Source of the DNA: Lama guanicoe
Taxonomy: Eukaryota
Direction of reading: 5' to 3'
Length of the DNA: 64,000 bases
Assembly (NCBI GenBank): GCA_013239625.1
Contig: MU053934.1
Coordinates: forward strand, 8,515,352 to 8,579,351
Within the stretch, counting starts at the first letter, position 1. Each line of letters opens with the position of its first letter. Under the pieces are notes generated by a model. It was not told the DNA's origin, searched no databases, and saw nothing but the letters and a program-made list of their open reading frames with translations. Positions 12,835 to 26,057 of this stretch are shown one piece after another. The position numbers and the translations under genes are program-made.

Positions 12835-13330
12835 TTTTAAGATATGATTTGCTCTTTTAAAATGTACAGTTCAGTGATTTTTAGTATATTCACAAGGTTA
12901 CGTGACTATCACCACTATTTAATTCCAGAACATTTTAATCATGCCCCCCTCCCAAAAAAAGCCCCTTAACAGCCATGCCCCGTTCCTCCCCTCCGCCGGC
13001 CTCCGGCAAGTACCAGTCAGCTTTGCCCCTGTGGATGTGCCCTTCTGGACGTCTCACGTAGACGGGGTCACACAACACACGTGTGGCCTTTTGCATCTGG
13101 CTTCTTGCTCTCAGCGAAATATTTCTTGCTCGGGGTTCGTCCACGTTGGAGGGTCTGTCAGTCCTTCGTGTCTCTTTACTGCCACATAATATCCTGTTGT
13201 ATGAAGAACACACCATCTTGCTTATCTAGTCATCTAATGATGGATATCTGGGTTGCTTCCACCTTTTGGCCATTGTGAGAAGCGCTTCTGGGAACGCCTG
13301 CATATGAGACCTCGTGTGGACCTGTGTTTT
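12835..13330 (-). mobile_element. L1M (L1MB-like) 3' UTR fragment, preceded by a (TG)n microsatellite at about 12814-12833
   Basis: tgtacagttcagtgatttttagtatattcacaagg...taattccagaacatttt...gatggatatctgggttgcttccaccttttggccattgtga. Confidence 0.7.
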
Positions 13331-14029
13331 CACGCTGTCGGGTCTGCGCCTGCGGGTGGACTTGCTGGGTCGTGTCCAGGAGCCTGGCCCTGAGAGGGTC
13401 TGGACTACAACACCCATCATCATCTCGGCCCCCGAAAGTGTGCACTGCCAGTTGTCCACATGAGTACAAAGGACGTGGCTCAGCTTCTAGCTCGGCGTGT
13501 CCTGTGTGCCCTTGGACAAGTCGCTTGACATCTCTGAGCTTCTCTCATCTCCCCTGTAAAAGGGAACAGCAGTCAACACCTGCTGCTGGGTTGGTGAGGA
13601 CAGAATAAGCTTCTCTAGAGTAAGGGAGGAAACACCTCAAGCCGCCCTGCAGGGGAGAGAGGGCAGAGAGCAGGGGCTGTGAGCCGGGGCCGGGGGCGGG
13701 CTGCCAGCTCTGAGATTAGGTGTGGACGAAGGGGTGGGGCTGGGTGTTGGAGGCCCGGCCTGCCGGGTGTCCCCCAAGAACCTGAAGGATGCCTGTGGCC
13801 CTTGCTTCTATTAGCGGACCCCTCCACTTCCCCTCGTGTGAATCGGAGGGGTCCTAGGGAGCCACTGCTATGGCCCAGGGTGCACGCGGCCTCCCCGAAG
13901 GGCTGGGCTGGGCACGTGCCCCCCTCACGTGGCTGGGCTGTGTGGCCCCCACCCCAGCCCCCAGCCCTCACCGGCACCAGGCGGTCCCTGACTCCCGCCT
14001 CCCTCACTGGTCTCCCTTCCCGCCCACAG

Positions 14030-14078
14030 GCAGCTGCTGAAGACGGAGCTGGGGTCCTTCTTCACGGAGTACCTGCAG
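14030..14078 (+). CDS. PRR5: PRR5 coding exon 3
   Basis: cccacag|; (R)QLLKTELGSFFTEYLQ; donor CAG|gtgggt; 49 nt. Confidence 0.95.
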
Positions 14079-14629
14079 GTGGGTGCTCTGTGCTCTCCAG
14101 CCGGGCCGGGGTTGCTTCCTGAGCTGGCCAGAAGGGACAGGGGCACCCATTCCTGGTGGGTGCAGGGAGCGCTAGGTCTCCGCCTTGCTGTGACTCGGTT
14201 TCCCCATCCAGCCAGTGCAGCTGGTTGGGAAGGTTGCATGATCAGGTGCAGGTGAAGACCCAGCGCTGTGGCCGGCACAGGCCGGGGCTTGAGGCTAGTT
14301 CTCGGTCGTCCGCCTCCTCCCGGAGCATCAGTATAGGTTCCCAGAGTCTGTGTGTAGGTGTCTACATACCCCAGCGCCCCGAGCTGTGGGATGACGGTGT
14401 GGGCGTGTCACCAGCATCGCCAAGGCCACTCTGCCCAGACGCTGTAGCTCCAGGCCTGCAAAGTCGATGAACATGCAGGGTCCTGGGGCTCGGGGAGGCG
14501 AGAGAACTGTCAAGGTCGCGCAGCCAGGAGGGCCGAGTGGTGCAGGGACATCCTCAGGCGGGCTCGGAGCAAGGCGCCCCCTCCCAGGAGAGGGTGAGGC
14601 AAGGGCCAGCCTGTGGGTTTACAGTCGAT

Positions 14630-15100
14630 TGTTTTTCATTTAACAGCTTTACTGGGGTGTAATTCACAGACCCCCAGTTCTGTGCACCCGCTGAAAGGGG
14701 ACACTTTAGGGGAGTTTGGTGTAGTCAGAGCCGTGCAGCCGTCCCTGCTGTCCAGTTCCAGGACTTTATTCATCGTCACCGGGAAGGAGGTCCCATGTTT
14801 ATAAACAGTCCCCATCCCACTCTCCCCCGAGCCCCAGGCCGCCGCTGGTCTCCGTTCTGCCTCTGGACATTTCTATCAGGACCGCACAGCATGTGGCCTT
14901 CTCTGGCTCCTGTCACTGAGCACAGCAATCTCAAGGTTCATCCGCAGTGTCGCCTGTGTCAGAGCCTCGTTTTTTTCTTATGGCTGAATAGCATTCCCTT
15001 ACATGGAGGGGCCACGTTTTGCCTATCCACTGCGCTGTCGGTGGCCCCGGGGTCACCTGGCTGCTGTGACTGGTGCTGAGACCACGCGTTGTCACTCTGC
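14630..15100 (-). mobile_element. Degenerate L1M 3' fragment
   Basis: acagctttactggggtgtaattcaca...ttttcttatggctgaatagcattcc. Confidence 0.6.
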
Positions 15101-15362
15101 TACGCCCAGGAGGTGTGCACAGGGTCTGCAGTTCGAGCCTCCCGTGGGTGATGGCAGCGCCCAGGCCCGGCCAGTCTCGGGGTGAGGGTGGCCCCTGCTC
15201 CACCCCCTGTCTCAGGACGGCCCAGCTGGGTCAGTTGCCCACGTCCACCCAGGGAGTTGAGGTTCCCGCTCTGGGCCTTGGCTGCTTGTTGGTAGACTCT
15301 TGGGGGTCCTGCCTGCTGGGACCCCACGGAGCAGTGACCGTATCTCCACATGTGCCTTTCAG

Positions 15363-15420
15363 AACCAGCTGCTGACAAAAGGCATGGTCATCCTCCGGGA
15401 CAAGATCCGCTTCTACGAGG
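15363..15420 (+). CDS. PRR5: PRR5 coding exon 4
   Basis: ctttcag|; NQLLTKGMVILRDKIRFYE(G); donor G|gtgagt; 58 nt, ends phase 1. Confidence 0.96.
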
Positions 15421-18400
15421 GTGAGTCTGGTGGCCCTGTGGCTGGACTGGTGCCGGGCCACACTGCTTGCTGGGAACCGTGGCCCTGCCAGCTCACCCAG
15501 GCCCCTCAGCTGGGTGGGCGGTGTGGCTCTCCTGGTTGAGGGAGCTCAGAAGGGGCAGAAGCAGTGCCTCGAGGGCGGCAGGGCTGAGGTCTGACCCCAG
15601 AGGGGACCCTGTAGGGAAAAGTGTCCCCCACCTTGCCGGAGCCCAGGAGGGCCGAGAGGCAACTGAGAGAAGGCCCCTGCTTCACCTCACTGCCCAGAAG
15701 ACCTTCGGCCCCCATGAGCCCGCCCCAGCAGCCTGGGAGAACCCCGGTCAGGGTCTTTGAGGGCCAGAAGGGAACTGGTTTAGGCCCAAGTGGCCCTGAT
15801 TCTCCTGAGGGACAGGGTCAGGGCAGGGACCCACCACCTGGAGGGAGCAGCTGATGGGGGCTCCCTGCTGGGGTCTGGGGCCCGAGCATGGCCGGGGCTG
15901 CTGGGCATGTTCTCTCCTTCAGGGCTCATGCCCGCCCTGTGAGGCCTTTGGGTCACTGTGCCCATTTCGCAGTTGGGGGCCTATGGAGCGATGGCCCTCG
16001 GCTTGTCCGTGGCTGCACTGTAAGCGAGGGGTGGAGGGGGGATTCGAACCCAGGGCATCCCGTCTCCAGAGCACACCCCTTTACCCTTCTAGGGTGGGGC
16101 CCACAAGTCACAGCTGGCCTCTCCGGGCCCGGAGCCCTGACAGGACAGCCTGGGGCTCCCGGTGTCTGCAGGCCAGGGCCGGGGGCCGTGACAAGCACAG
16201 CGTGTGCTCTTCCTCACAGGAGTGAGTCAAATTATGGGGGAATTCAGCTCAAACCAACACGCCTTGCTGAGGGCCTACTGTGTGCCAGGCCCCGCCAGGG
16301 CAGGACCCGCTGTGGGCCGCGCACCAGGCCCCCGCACATGCTCACTCTGTGCGAGACTCTGTCCCAGGTGTTTTCCATCTCCTGACTCACTGCCTTGCCC
16401 AGCGACCCTGTGAAGAAAGTTCTGATGTTGCAGTCACTGAACGTTTGGGTAAATCAAGGCACAGAGGGGCTCTGTAACTCACCTGGGCCACACAGTCCCC
16501 ACCTGGCAGCCTGGCTTCTGAGCCCATAGTCCTCTCTCCGCTGCTCCAGGTTCCTCCTGGACTCCTTGCTGACCTCGGGAAGAGTCTTAGCCTGTTTCAC
16601 AGAGGCAGAGTCTGAGGCCTGGGGCGTTCAGCATGAACTCGGAGCTGTGTGTCCCGTCTTCCTTCTGCACCATCTCTGTGTGTGTTGGGTAGAAGCAGCT
16701 GAGGCAGGAGCCTGAGAAGGGCTGTGAGAACCACTGACGTTGGCGCAAGAGGCACAGGCCACCGGTGGTCTGGGCCGGCTTCCTGGAGGTGGCGGCACCT
16801 AAGCCGGCAGAAAGATTTGCTGGTGGAGATGCCCTCCCACACCCATCCCCTGACTCGGCACATTCCGGCAGTGCCTCACCTCCCACCAGCTCCGGCCCAG
16901 GGGAGCTGGGACCTTCAGAGAAGAGGTGCTTTGTGCAGCTTCATGGACTCCTGCCCACGGTGGCCATATCCGCCAGGCCACTCAGTTGGGAGTGCCAGCA
17001 CCTCCAACCTCCCCTGGCCTCAGGGACAGGCACAGAGCCCCAGGCAGCGGGCCAGAGGGCCTGGCCTCTAGTTCTTATCCAGCCACAGACACGTCATTTA
17101 CCTCTGGTCTCGGTGTCTCCACCTTAGCACTGTGGGGTTAGATGGACTCCATCTGTGTTCTCACTAAAGGTCAGGCTCCTGGTGGCCTCTGGGGACCTGG
17201 ATATGGAGACCTAGGCTCTACCTGGCAGGGGCTCACAGCCCAGTTAGGGACATAGACGTGGAGCAGACAGTGACAGTCCAGTGTGATAAATGTCAAGGTG
17301 AAGGGAGGCCCTGGGGAAGGAAAGGTTAGTTCCACCTTGACAGTCAGGGAGGACTACGTGGAAGCGGCGGCCCTTGAGCCAGGCCTCAAAATGTGGTCAT
17401 TTCAGGAGGATATCTTGCCCCCTTCAGCCCATGCACTGGGGACAGTGGCTAATGTCACACACCAAGGGGTGGCCTTGGGAACCTCCCCCTTCTGCCTTCT
17501 GCCTTCTTCCCTGGTTTAGGTCCCAGGGAGAGGTCTTCCCTGAGACTGCTCCCTGTGGCAGCCATGTCCTCGGCCCATGCCTCTGTTGGATGGGTTGGAT
17601 GGCCCTATGTGGGGCAGCCCCAGGACCGTGCTACCTGCTCCCCTCCAGCCTCCAGTGAGGTCTTGGACGTCGGCTCCCGAGCAGAGTGATTCCTGGAATT
17701 GGGAAGCCTGACAGACAGCCGTGGGATGGAGGCCCCCGCCCTGGGACCACGTTACTGGTAGTGGACTGGTGGTCTCGGCCTGTTAGCTTGCAGGAGTGGG
17801 CGTGGCTGCAGCCAAACAGGTCGGGGACTCTGGGGAGGAACCCAGGGTCTCCTGTGGGCCCGGGGCCCTGAGCTCTGCCTCTTGTCCTGCAGGAATCCCA
17901 GCCTGGTTTAGGTCAGGCCACCAAACACCGCAGCGAGCCTTCACACACTCGCCTCCAAGCCTGGGCTGTGCACGTGCCCCTGCCAGACTCCACCTGAGTG
18001 TCCTCCTTGGAGTCCCCACTGTGGGCTTTTCCACTGTCCCTGGGGTCTCCCCATCCCTGAGCCCGGAGCCAGGATTGGCCTGGTCCCTTCCAGTCTCCGG
18101 GGCCTGCACGGTCAGCCCCCAGCACACTTAGACTGAAGAAAGGAAGACAGACAGGCTGGCCCACCTCTCCCCACCATCCGGGGGAGAAAGAGCTCAAGGG
18201 CGCAGCCGCTGCCCTGGCTGGGTCCTGCTGAGCCTCAGCACGGACACAGGACGCGGGACATGCGGGCCCGGGCAGCGCCAGGCTAAGCCCTGGCTGCCTG
18301 GCAGCTGTTAGTCCGAGGAGCGCGGGGGCCTCCATCACGCCGGTTTTACAGGGACCGCACTGAGGCTTGGGCGGAGGGACTCCCCGGGGTTCCAGAGCCA

Positions 18401-20050
18401 GGCTTTGACGCCGGGCCGCCTGACTGTACCCCCTGACCACCCCGGCTCCCTCAGACCACAGTCCCCAGCAGAGAGCCCGGCCCCTTGGTGGGCGTGCGGC
18501 TCTGGCCGGGACTGGACTCTGTGTTTTACAACATCTGCTTTCCGCCGCGTTTCCGCCCCGTGGGCTGGAGAGCAGCCTGCGCCCAGCAGACGCCGGCCTG
18601 GCCCGCGCCCAGAGCCGCCCCACGGCCGCCCAGGGAACTGAGCAGCCTTTCTTCTTGCCGGCGACAGCAGGGACCTCAGGGGACCTTTGTGTGCAGAGTT
18701 CGGGTGGTGGGCACCTCTCGTCCTAGGTTCCGCAGAGCCTGGCCTGGGTCCCCCGGGAGGACCCAGAGCCGGCCCCTGGGCAGGGACCCCAGGGCCAGCA
18801 GACGGGCCACACTGGAGGCCGATCTGCCCTCCCCATGGTCGCCACCCCACCGCCCCAGGCTTCCCTTGCAAAGCCCGGCCCCTTTACAGGCCTAGGGGCT
18901 TGCCGGGTGGGAGCGTGGGGCCCAGAGCCTAGGGAAAGTGAGCAGGGGCGGCGAAGTCCCGACCTCCTCGTTCCCATGGAAACCTTGAGACGTCTGCACG
19001 GGCAGTGAGGTCCTGGAGGCGGGCCAGCCTGTCGCCCCGGCCCCCACCTGACACGCCCACCAAGCCCGTTTTCCTGCAGCTGATTGCTAGTCTGGCTTCC
19101 AGGTGGGGCTCCCACCAAGCAGCAGAGGCCCTCCGTCCCAGCTTTCTGCTCGTTCCAGGCAGAAGGGCTGAGGGTGCAGCACTTGGCCGTTCCCAGGGGA
19201 GCCCAGGGCTGTCTTGCGGTGTCTCAGCTGCCCCTGCCCTTCGGGGCTGTCCCCCGTGGCTGGGGCCGCTCCTTCCCCAGAGCCAGCAGAAGGGCCCGCG
19301 GAGCTTGTCCAGACGCCTGCTTTTCACACTCCACTTCCGCGGTTCATGCAGCAAGGCTGTCGGTCAACCAGGCAGAAGCACTTGGCCAGCACCTCCTCCG
19401 GGAGTCCCTCCCTGCCTGACGCCCTCTACCCAGGACGCGTTGCTGTTACTGGATGTGATCTCCCCGGCCTCCACTTCAGGCAGCCCGGCTGGGGAGGCCC
19501 CGGGCCCTCGAGTGAGACATCTGAGCCTCTCGGAGGCCCGGCCTCTCCGTCTGCCCGACGGGGTCACTCCCCCCTCGCCAGGATTGTCCTGTTGTGATGG
19601 GACCAGGGAGTTTGGGGCTCAGCTGGGACCCCCATGCCAGGCCCGGCACAGTGGCGGTGCTCTGTCAGTGTCTGTCCCGGGGACAGAGGGACAGAGCAGT
19701 GGGCGAGGCAAGCGTGTGAGCGGGAGCTCCCGCTGGGGCCGGGCCGTGGGGCTCGTGTGTGGAGGAAGTGGGGACCTACGTCTCCTTCTCTGCCCTGGGT
19801 CCCGCTTCGTCTGGCTTCTCCTGGCAGCTCTGGGGGTCACCCTGCTGCAGCCCAGTTTTATTAAATGGGGCAGCTGAGGCAGGGGACGGGTGGGTGAACA
19901 GGGGTACCAGATCCCATGACTCTGGGGCCTGGAGCCCGGCCCTCAGCTCCTGCATCCTCCACCGACGGGAGGGGTGCCTTGTGACCGGGGAGGGCGGGAA
20001 GCGGCTGCCGGTGCCCGTTGGGGCAGCGGTGATGCTCCCTGTGCCCACAG

Positions 20051-20142
20051 GACAGAAGCTGCTGGACTCCCTGGCAGAGACCTGGGACTTCTTCTTCAGC
20101 GACGTGCTGCCCACGCTGCAGGCTGTCTTCTATCCGGTGCAG
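20051..20142 (+). CDS. PRR5: PRR5 coding exon 5
   Basis: cccacag|; (G)QKLLDSLAETWDFFFSDVLPTLQAVFYPVQ (HbrB-like core); donor CAG|gtgagc; 92 nt. Confidence 0.96.
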
Positions 20143-20560
20143 GTGAGCGGCCCTGGGCCCCGGCGACAGCCCGTCCTGGCCTCGCTCCCTGGCCCCCGGC
20201 CTGGGGGCGGGCACACCTCTGCCCATCGCTGCCACGGGTGGGCTGTCTGCGCCTGCTCACATCCCTGCGCCTCTCAGAACCTGTTTCCCTCCCCCGGGGT
20301 GGGAGCCAGGACAGCTCCCTCCTGTGGGCCCTAGGAAGCCCCGAGCAGCACACAGTAGGCCATGCCCTGCACGCAGTAGGGTCTCTGTCGGTGACAGTTA
20401 GGAGGATGTGTGGGGCCCCCCTTCTTCAGGACAAGGGTCATCTGGGGAAGAGGACAGGGAGGAAGGGGGCCTGAGGTTTCAGCAGGTCCCATGTATCTGA
20501 CCCTAGAACTCAGCGAGGGGCGGGGAGCGAGGGTCTCACGAGGCGGCATTGTGTCCGCAG

Positions 20561-20701
20561 GGCAAGGAGCCGTCGGTGCGCCAGCTGGCCCTGCTGCACT
20601 TCCGGAACACCATCACCCTCAGCGTGAAGCTGGAGGATGCGCTGGCCCGCGCGCACGCCCGCGTGCCCCCCGCCATCGTGCAGATGCTGCTGGTGCTGCA
20701 G
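20561..20701 (+). CDS. PRR5: PRR5 coding exon 6
   Basis: ccgcag|; GKEPSVRQLALLHFRNTITLSVKLEDALARAHARVPPAIVQMLLVLQ; donor CAG|gtgggt; 141 nt. Confidence 0.96.
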
Positions 20702-21389
20702 GTGGGTGGGGCCCGAGGGGCGGCCGCTGGCCGGGCCAGGCCCGGCCCCCCAGTGACCTGAGAGGAGGATTTGGGTCCACGTGGCTTATCCCCGGGGGTG
20801 CTGTCAGGAGAACGCATGGAGGGAGAAGCAGCAGCCGGGTTAGAGAAGGAGCCACACAAAGATGTGGCGTCAGGAGACTGCCGGCCTCGGGGTCCCTCGG
20901 AGAGCCCCGGAGTGTGAGCAGAGTGTCCCTCCCCTCAGCGGTGCTGGGCCGATGCACCCCTCGTCCACCAGTCCCTGGGGCTGGGTCCACCTCCCCCTTC
21001 TCCCCACTGTGGTTCCAGACATGCCTGGTGCCGGTGGCTTTTGTCTGTGAGGGCAACTCTGAGGAGGGGGCAGCTGTGAGACGTTGGCAGCCACACTCTT
21101 ACAGCTGGAGGGAGCGGCCCCGCCCACGTCCCGTCAAGGGGACTCTGATGGGCTTTTCTGCAAATGGCTGCATCCCAAAGGGGCACAGCACCCTACGCTT
21201 TGCCAGTTTCTCTCACTGTCACAGGACAAGAGAGGGCACCGTCAGCACCCCCATTTTACAGGCAGGGAAACAGAGTCCTCACTTGACTGCAGCTGAGAAG
21301 GCCAGGAGGCTGGCCTCCCCGTTGTCCTGAACCCACCCAGGTGCGTGGAAGTCCTTCTGAGTTAGGGTCAGTGAAGTTGTTCCCAGGGC

Positions 21390-21439
21390 CCAGGGCGGCC
21401 AGTGAGGATTCCAGGGCGGCCAGTGAGGATTCCAGGGCG
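21390..21439 (+). repeat. 21-bp tandem duplication (about 2.4 copies)
   Basis: ccagggcggccagtgaggatt x2 followed by ccagggcg. Confidence 0.9.
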
Positions 21440-22429
21440 AGGAAGGAGCTGAGGAATGTGGAGGTTTGAAAGGCCAAGGGGCTGCACTCCGCGGGGGCTG
21501 GTGGTCGCCCTGGCAGCCAAGCAGGGTGTCAGGCCTGCAGCTGGATTTCTAGGGGCTTTAGGCCAGACCCAGCTGGGGTGAAGTTTGTGGCAGGGGAGGG
21601 GGGCTGGAGGGACATTGCATCTTGGCCTGTTTTCTCATTTATGTGATAGGGTGAGACCACCTACCTGGGAGGGCAGGAGCAAGGTTGATGGAGAGAAATC
21701 AACGCCGAGTCCTCCATGTTGCTCGCTCCTGGGGGCAGGCAGTGAAGGGGCTGGGCTTTCGAGCCAGGAGTAGGAAGGTCTCCCCTTGAGCTGAGGAACA
21801 GCACCTGGGTGGCGGCCAGGCTGGGTGGTGCTGCCCCCTGGTGGCCACTGTGCCTCATGCAGCTTTGGGGCTTGGCCCCATGTCTCCCCGTCCTGGTGGT
21901 GACCCCTGCCCCCAGTCACAACCCTTTGCCCTTCCCTGGCCTCTGCTTTGAGTGGCCTTGTCCCAGCCTCGCAGTAAACTTGTCCCCACTGTTTTCAAGT
22001 CCCAGATGGGTCTGAGGTCACAGCTCCTGGTCTGTGCATTGAAGACCTGCTGTGCGCCCCCTGCTGCACCGGCCGAATCTCGGTTCCCTCTCACGGGGCC
22101 CAGAAGCCGGGTAACGGCCCCTCTGAGTGCACAAAAATAAGGCAGCCGCTGGGCCTCCATTTCCTCACTGCACAATGGGGGGCAGAGCCCAGACTTCAGA
22201 GACAAGTTCTGGGAATGAAACAGCATGAAGTCGAAACGCAGCACAGCTCGGCAGTCACGCCGTCCCACCCCCACGGCACTGGCGCTGGGAGCGGGGGCAG
22301 CTCCTCCCCGTTCGTCCGGGGGGCACCCCTGGGGTCCACCGCCTCCTTCCAGGCACAGCTGGGTCCGCGGGGTCTGCAGCGACGTCCCCGCCTTCGCTTC
22401 TGGCGTGAGTCACTGGTGTCTTCCGTCCC

Positions 22430-23470
22430 TCTCTCTCAGCCTGGCTAGAGGCTTGTTGACTTCGTTGATCATTTCAAAGAACCAGCGTTCAGTTTTGTTG
22501 ATTTTTCACTATCCATTTCCCGTTTTCAGTTTCATTGATTTCTGCTCTGATTCTTATTTCTTTTCTTCTGCTTACTTGAGACTTAATTTGCTTTTCTTTT
22601 TCTAGTTTCCTAAGGTGGAAGCTTGGATGATTGATTTTAGACCTTTTATTTGTTGTTGTTTTTTTCTTTTCTTTTCCAACATATCCATTCGTTGCTATAA
22701 AATCCCCTCCACACACTGCTTTCGATGTATGCCATAAATTTGGATGTAGTGTTTTCATTTCATCTAGTTCAAAATATTTTAAAATAGTTCTTGAGATTTC
22801 TTTTATGGCCCATGAGTTATTTAGAAGTGAGTTGTTTAATCTGTATTATTAGGGGATTTCCCAGTTAGTATTCTGTTACTGACTCCTGGTTTAATTCCTC
22901 TGTGGTCTGAGCAGACGTCGTATGAGTTCTGTTCTATTAACCATGTTGAGGGGTGTTTTACAGCCCAGAATGTGGTCTCTCTTGGCGAATGTCCCTTGTG
23001 AGCTTCAGGAGAACGTATTCTGCTGTCGATGGACAAAGTTCTGTATAAATGCTGATTCTGTCCAATGGATCAATGGTGTTACTGAGTTCATCTGTGTCCT
23101 TACGGACTTTCTTCTTGCGAGATCTGTTTCTGAGAGGGCTGTTGAAGTCTCTGGCTGTGAGAGTGGATTTCTCTCTCTCCCCCTCACTTTTTCCCTCACA
23201 TACTTCCCTGCCCTTTTGTTTGGTGCATACGCAGTAAAGCTTGTTATGTCATCCTGGAGAACTGACCTGTTTACCATTAGGTAATGACCTTCCTCGCCCC
23301 TGTCATGCTCCTTGGTCTGAAGCCTGTCCTGTCTGAAATTGACGTGGCCACTCCTGCTCTGGTCTGTGATCGTGACCCGTGTTACCACGTGTAACTGTCT
23401 CCTTTACTCCTCATCTGTGTGTCTTTATAGGTTAAGTAGGTCTCTTGTAGGCTGTGTATAACTGGGTTCT
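22430..23470 (-). mobile_element. L1 ORF2 fossil (endonuclease/linker region)
   Basis: Minus-strand translation gives L1 ORF2-like peptides: QDDITSFTAYAPNKRAGKYV, HPNLWHTSKAVCGGDFIA, SRRKEIRIRAEINETEN; disrupted by stops and frameshifts. Confidence 0.85.
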
Positions 23471-24375
23471 CTCGCTGTCTTCAACCATCATTTGACATTA
23501 ACTTGGATAAATCTTGTTTCTTAATTGCTGGCAGCTCCTTCGGGAGCAATGTCTTTCATTCATTCATTCATCCACTGAGACATCATTTGTTCAGCAAGCA
23601 CTCCCTAAAAACCTGCCGTGTGCTGCCCGTTGCTGCGGGTGCTGGGAGCACAGGGCTTCCCCCTGAGCAGCTCATGACTGGGTGGGCAAGACCAAGGCTG
23701 TCCCGTGGGTAGCCTCATTCTTCAGGCTTTGGCTCAAGTGAAACAGGAGGAGGTGGAGTTCCCTTTGAAGCTCTGGATGAGGGGAGGTGTTGAGGGGGGA
23801 AGCTGGATGAGACCTGGTGGGGGCAGCCACGTGGGACGGGGAGGGAGGGCTCTGTCTGATGGGTGGGCCTTGACTGCCCAGCTGGTGCAGGCCTGGGCCT
23901 GGGCCTGGGCCCGGCCCCGGGGGACAGCCTTTCGTGCCCACGGTACTCCACGAGGCAAGGGAGTGAGGGTCGGGGCCCATTGACACAGCTGGCCCCACAG
24001 GACTGCCCGGAGCCCCTAGGAAGCCAGCTCATGGAAGGGGACACACGATGTCCCGAGAAGGGGCGTGCAGGGAACCCAGCCTCATTTAGCCACAGAGCCC
24101 TTTCCCACAGGCATCACCGTCTCTTGGACCACAGCAGCCACTGTGCGCAGCAGGCAGCCACGAGGACGTTAGAAGAGGAGAGGGGCGCAGAGGGCCCAGC
24201 TTGAGAGACGGCCGGGGAGGGAGGGCGCTGTGGGCATCGTCCTGGGGGCCAGGGCCCCCTGGGAACTGGGGGGGCGGGGCTGATCATGGTGGCCTTTGAG
24301 CCAAGCCCGCTGGGCTAGGGAAGCAGGGGACAGGCTGTCCCATGACCCTCCCGCCTCCCTCCCTCCCTGTTGCAG

Positions 24376-24511
24376 GGGGTGCATGAGTCCCGGGGAGTGA
24401 CCAAGGACTACCTGCGCCTGGAGTCGCTGATCCAGAAGGTGGTGTCACCCTACCTGGGCACCTACGGCCTCTACTCCAGCGAGGGTTCGTTCACGCACTC
24501 CTGCATCCTGG
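24376..24511 (+). CDS. PRR5: PRR5 coding exon 7
   Basis: ttgcag|; GVHESRGVTKDYLRLESLIQKVVSPYLGTYGLYSSEGSFTHSCIL(E); donor G|gtaggg; 136 nt, ends phase 1. Confidence 0.95.
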
Positions 24512-26057
24512 GTAGGGGTCGCCTGGGTCTTGGGTGGGGAGCGGGCTGACCACTGGCCTCGTCCACCTCTTCCCCCGGGGCCCAGACCTCCCAGTGAAAA
24601 GACGTGCAGAACCAGGATCCCAGCAGGATTTGCGTTTCAGCCACATAGCTAACCTGTCCAGAGCATCCTCCAGCTGTGCTGTGTGCTGGGCACTGGTCAC
24701 ACGGAGGTGGGTCACCTGGGATCCTTCCTTCAAAGGCTGAGGAGGACTCAGTGGGCAGACACCATAAGTGGTGTTACAGTGACTCCCCTGAGAGCCCCGA
24801 GAGGCCCCGTCACCCCCAAGGAGCTCCCATCCATGCTCAGTCCTGAAACTTAGGAGTTTTCCAGGCAGAGGACACAGCACATGCAAAGGCCTGGAGCCCA
24901 AGAAATCCTGGCCTGTTTGGGGACTCATGGGGGCGTGGATGGGTTGTGGGGTGTGCGTGGCCTGGCGTTTCCCCTTTACCAGATGGGCTTGGCCCCGTTG
25001 GCTCATTCGGGGCTGTAGACTGAGCACCTGCTGAGCGCCAGCCCCTCTTCTTGGTCCTGGGGCTTCAGCAGAGACCAAGCCCCACCTTCATGGGCTCTTG
25101 TTCCCCCCGGGAGGCAGGCTAATGAGTAAACCATCCCCAGGTGAGTGCCCGAGGTGACCCGTGCCCAGGTGACATAAGGGCCATGGGCAGGGAGGTCGGG
25201 GAAGGCCAGACTGGGAAGTGACCACTGAGCTGAAGGACAGGGAGGGCGCAGCCCGGGAAGAGGTGCATGAAGAGAACCAAGGGGACAGTGGCACAGGGGC
25301 TGGTCAGCGGTGTCCCCTCGTCCAGAGTGCCCACCCACCTCCGGTATAAACCTGCCCGGCACCGTGTCTCAGCTCGGGCGGGACCGCAGCACCTGGAGGA
25401 GAACTCGGAGCCTCTGCTCTGGTCCAGGAGCCGCCCCTGAGCCGCTCACCGTGCTCAGTCCTGCCACCTGGTGGTCACTGTGCAGAACTTCAGGGCCCTG
25501 AGTGGGAGCCTGAGACCTGCCCTTTACTATTCTCTCCTCCCCACCCCTGACCCCCCAACCCCCTGAGAGCTCCCAGCGCACTCAGGATAAACCCCAGCCC
25601 CGACCTCAGGTGGCGCCCTGTCCGGGCACTTAGCACTGCCTGACCCGTGCCCACCCAGAGGGATATTTAGGCCCCCATACCTAGCGAAGTGCTGGCACCT
25701 GGCAGGTGCTGAGACTGGCGACTTCCCACAGGTGGGGCACTTATCAGGCACACAGGTTACGGGCGGGCATGGTGCACCTTTGAACCCAGCAGTTGACGAG
25801 GCCCCGCACCCCGGCCCGTCCAGGCTGAGACAAGATCACTTACAGGGGTGGAAGCACCGACTCCCCTCGCCCGGCCACTCCGCCCCGGCAGGGTCTGCAC
25901 CAGTCGGGCTGTTGCCTGTAGTGGACCTTTTGTGCAGAGCCAGGCGCGCAGCAGATGCACGCAGTAGGTGCTCCCTAGTATCTGGCCAGAGGGAGGGCCT
26001 GGAGCAGGCAGTGCCCGGAGTGGCCCGTGCCTGACGCCGCCACCTGTGTCTCTGCAG

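Noticed and set aside
19005..21330. Long ORFs of 290 aa (19005-19877) and 306 aa (20410-21330)
   Set aside because: Low-complexity Pro/Gly/Arg/Ala translations expected from GC-rich intron; non-ATG starts; the second overlaps true PRR5 exon 6 out of frame; no recognisable domain.
22489..23388. Active L1 or domesticated ORF2 gene
   Set aside because: Fragmented, with stops and frameshifts, and about 1 kb only; an ordinary fossil.
25600..25620. Possible CTCF site (gacctcaggtggcgcc); similar partial matches at about 5085 and 46446
   Set aside because: Only the 3' half of the motif matches; too weak to call without a PWM scan or ChIP data.
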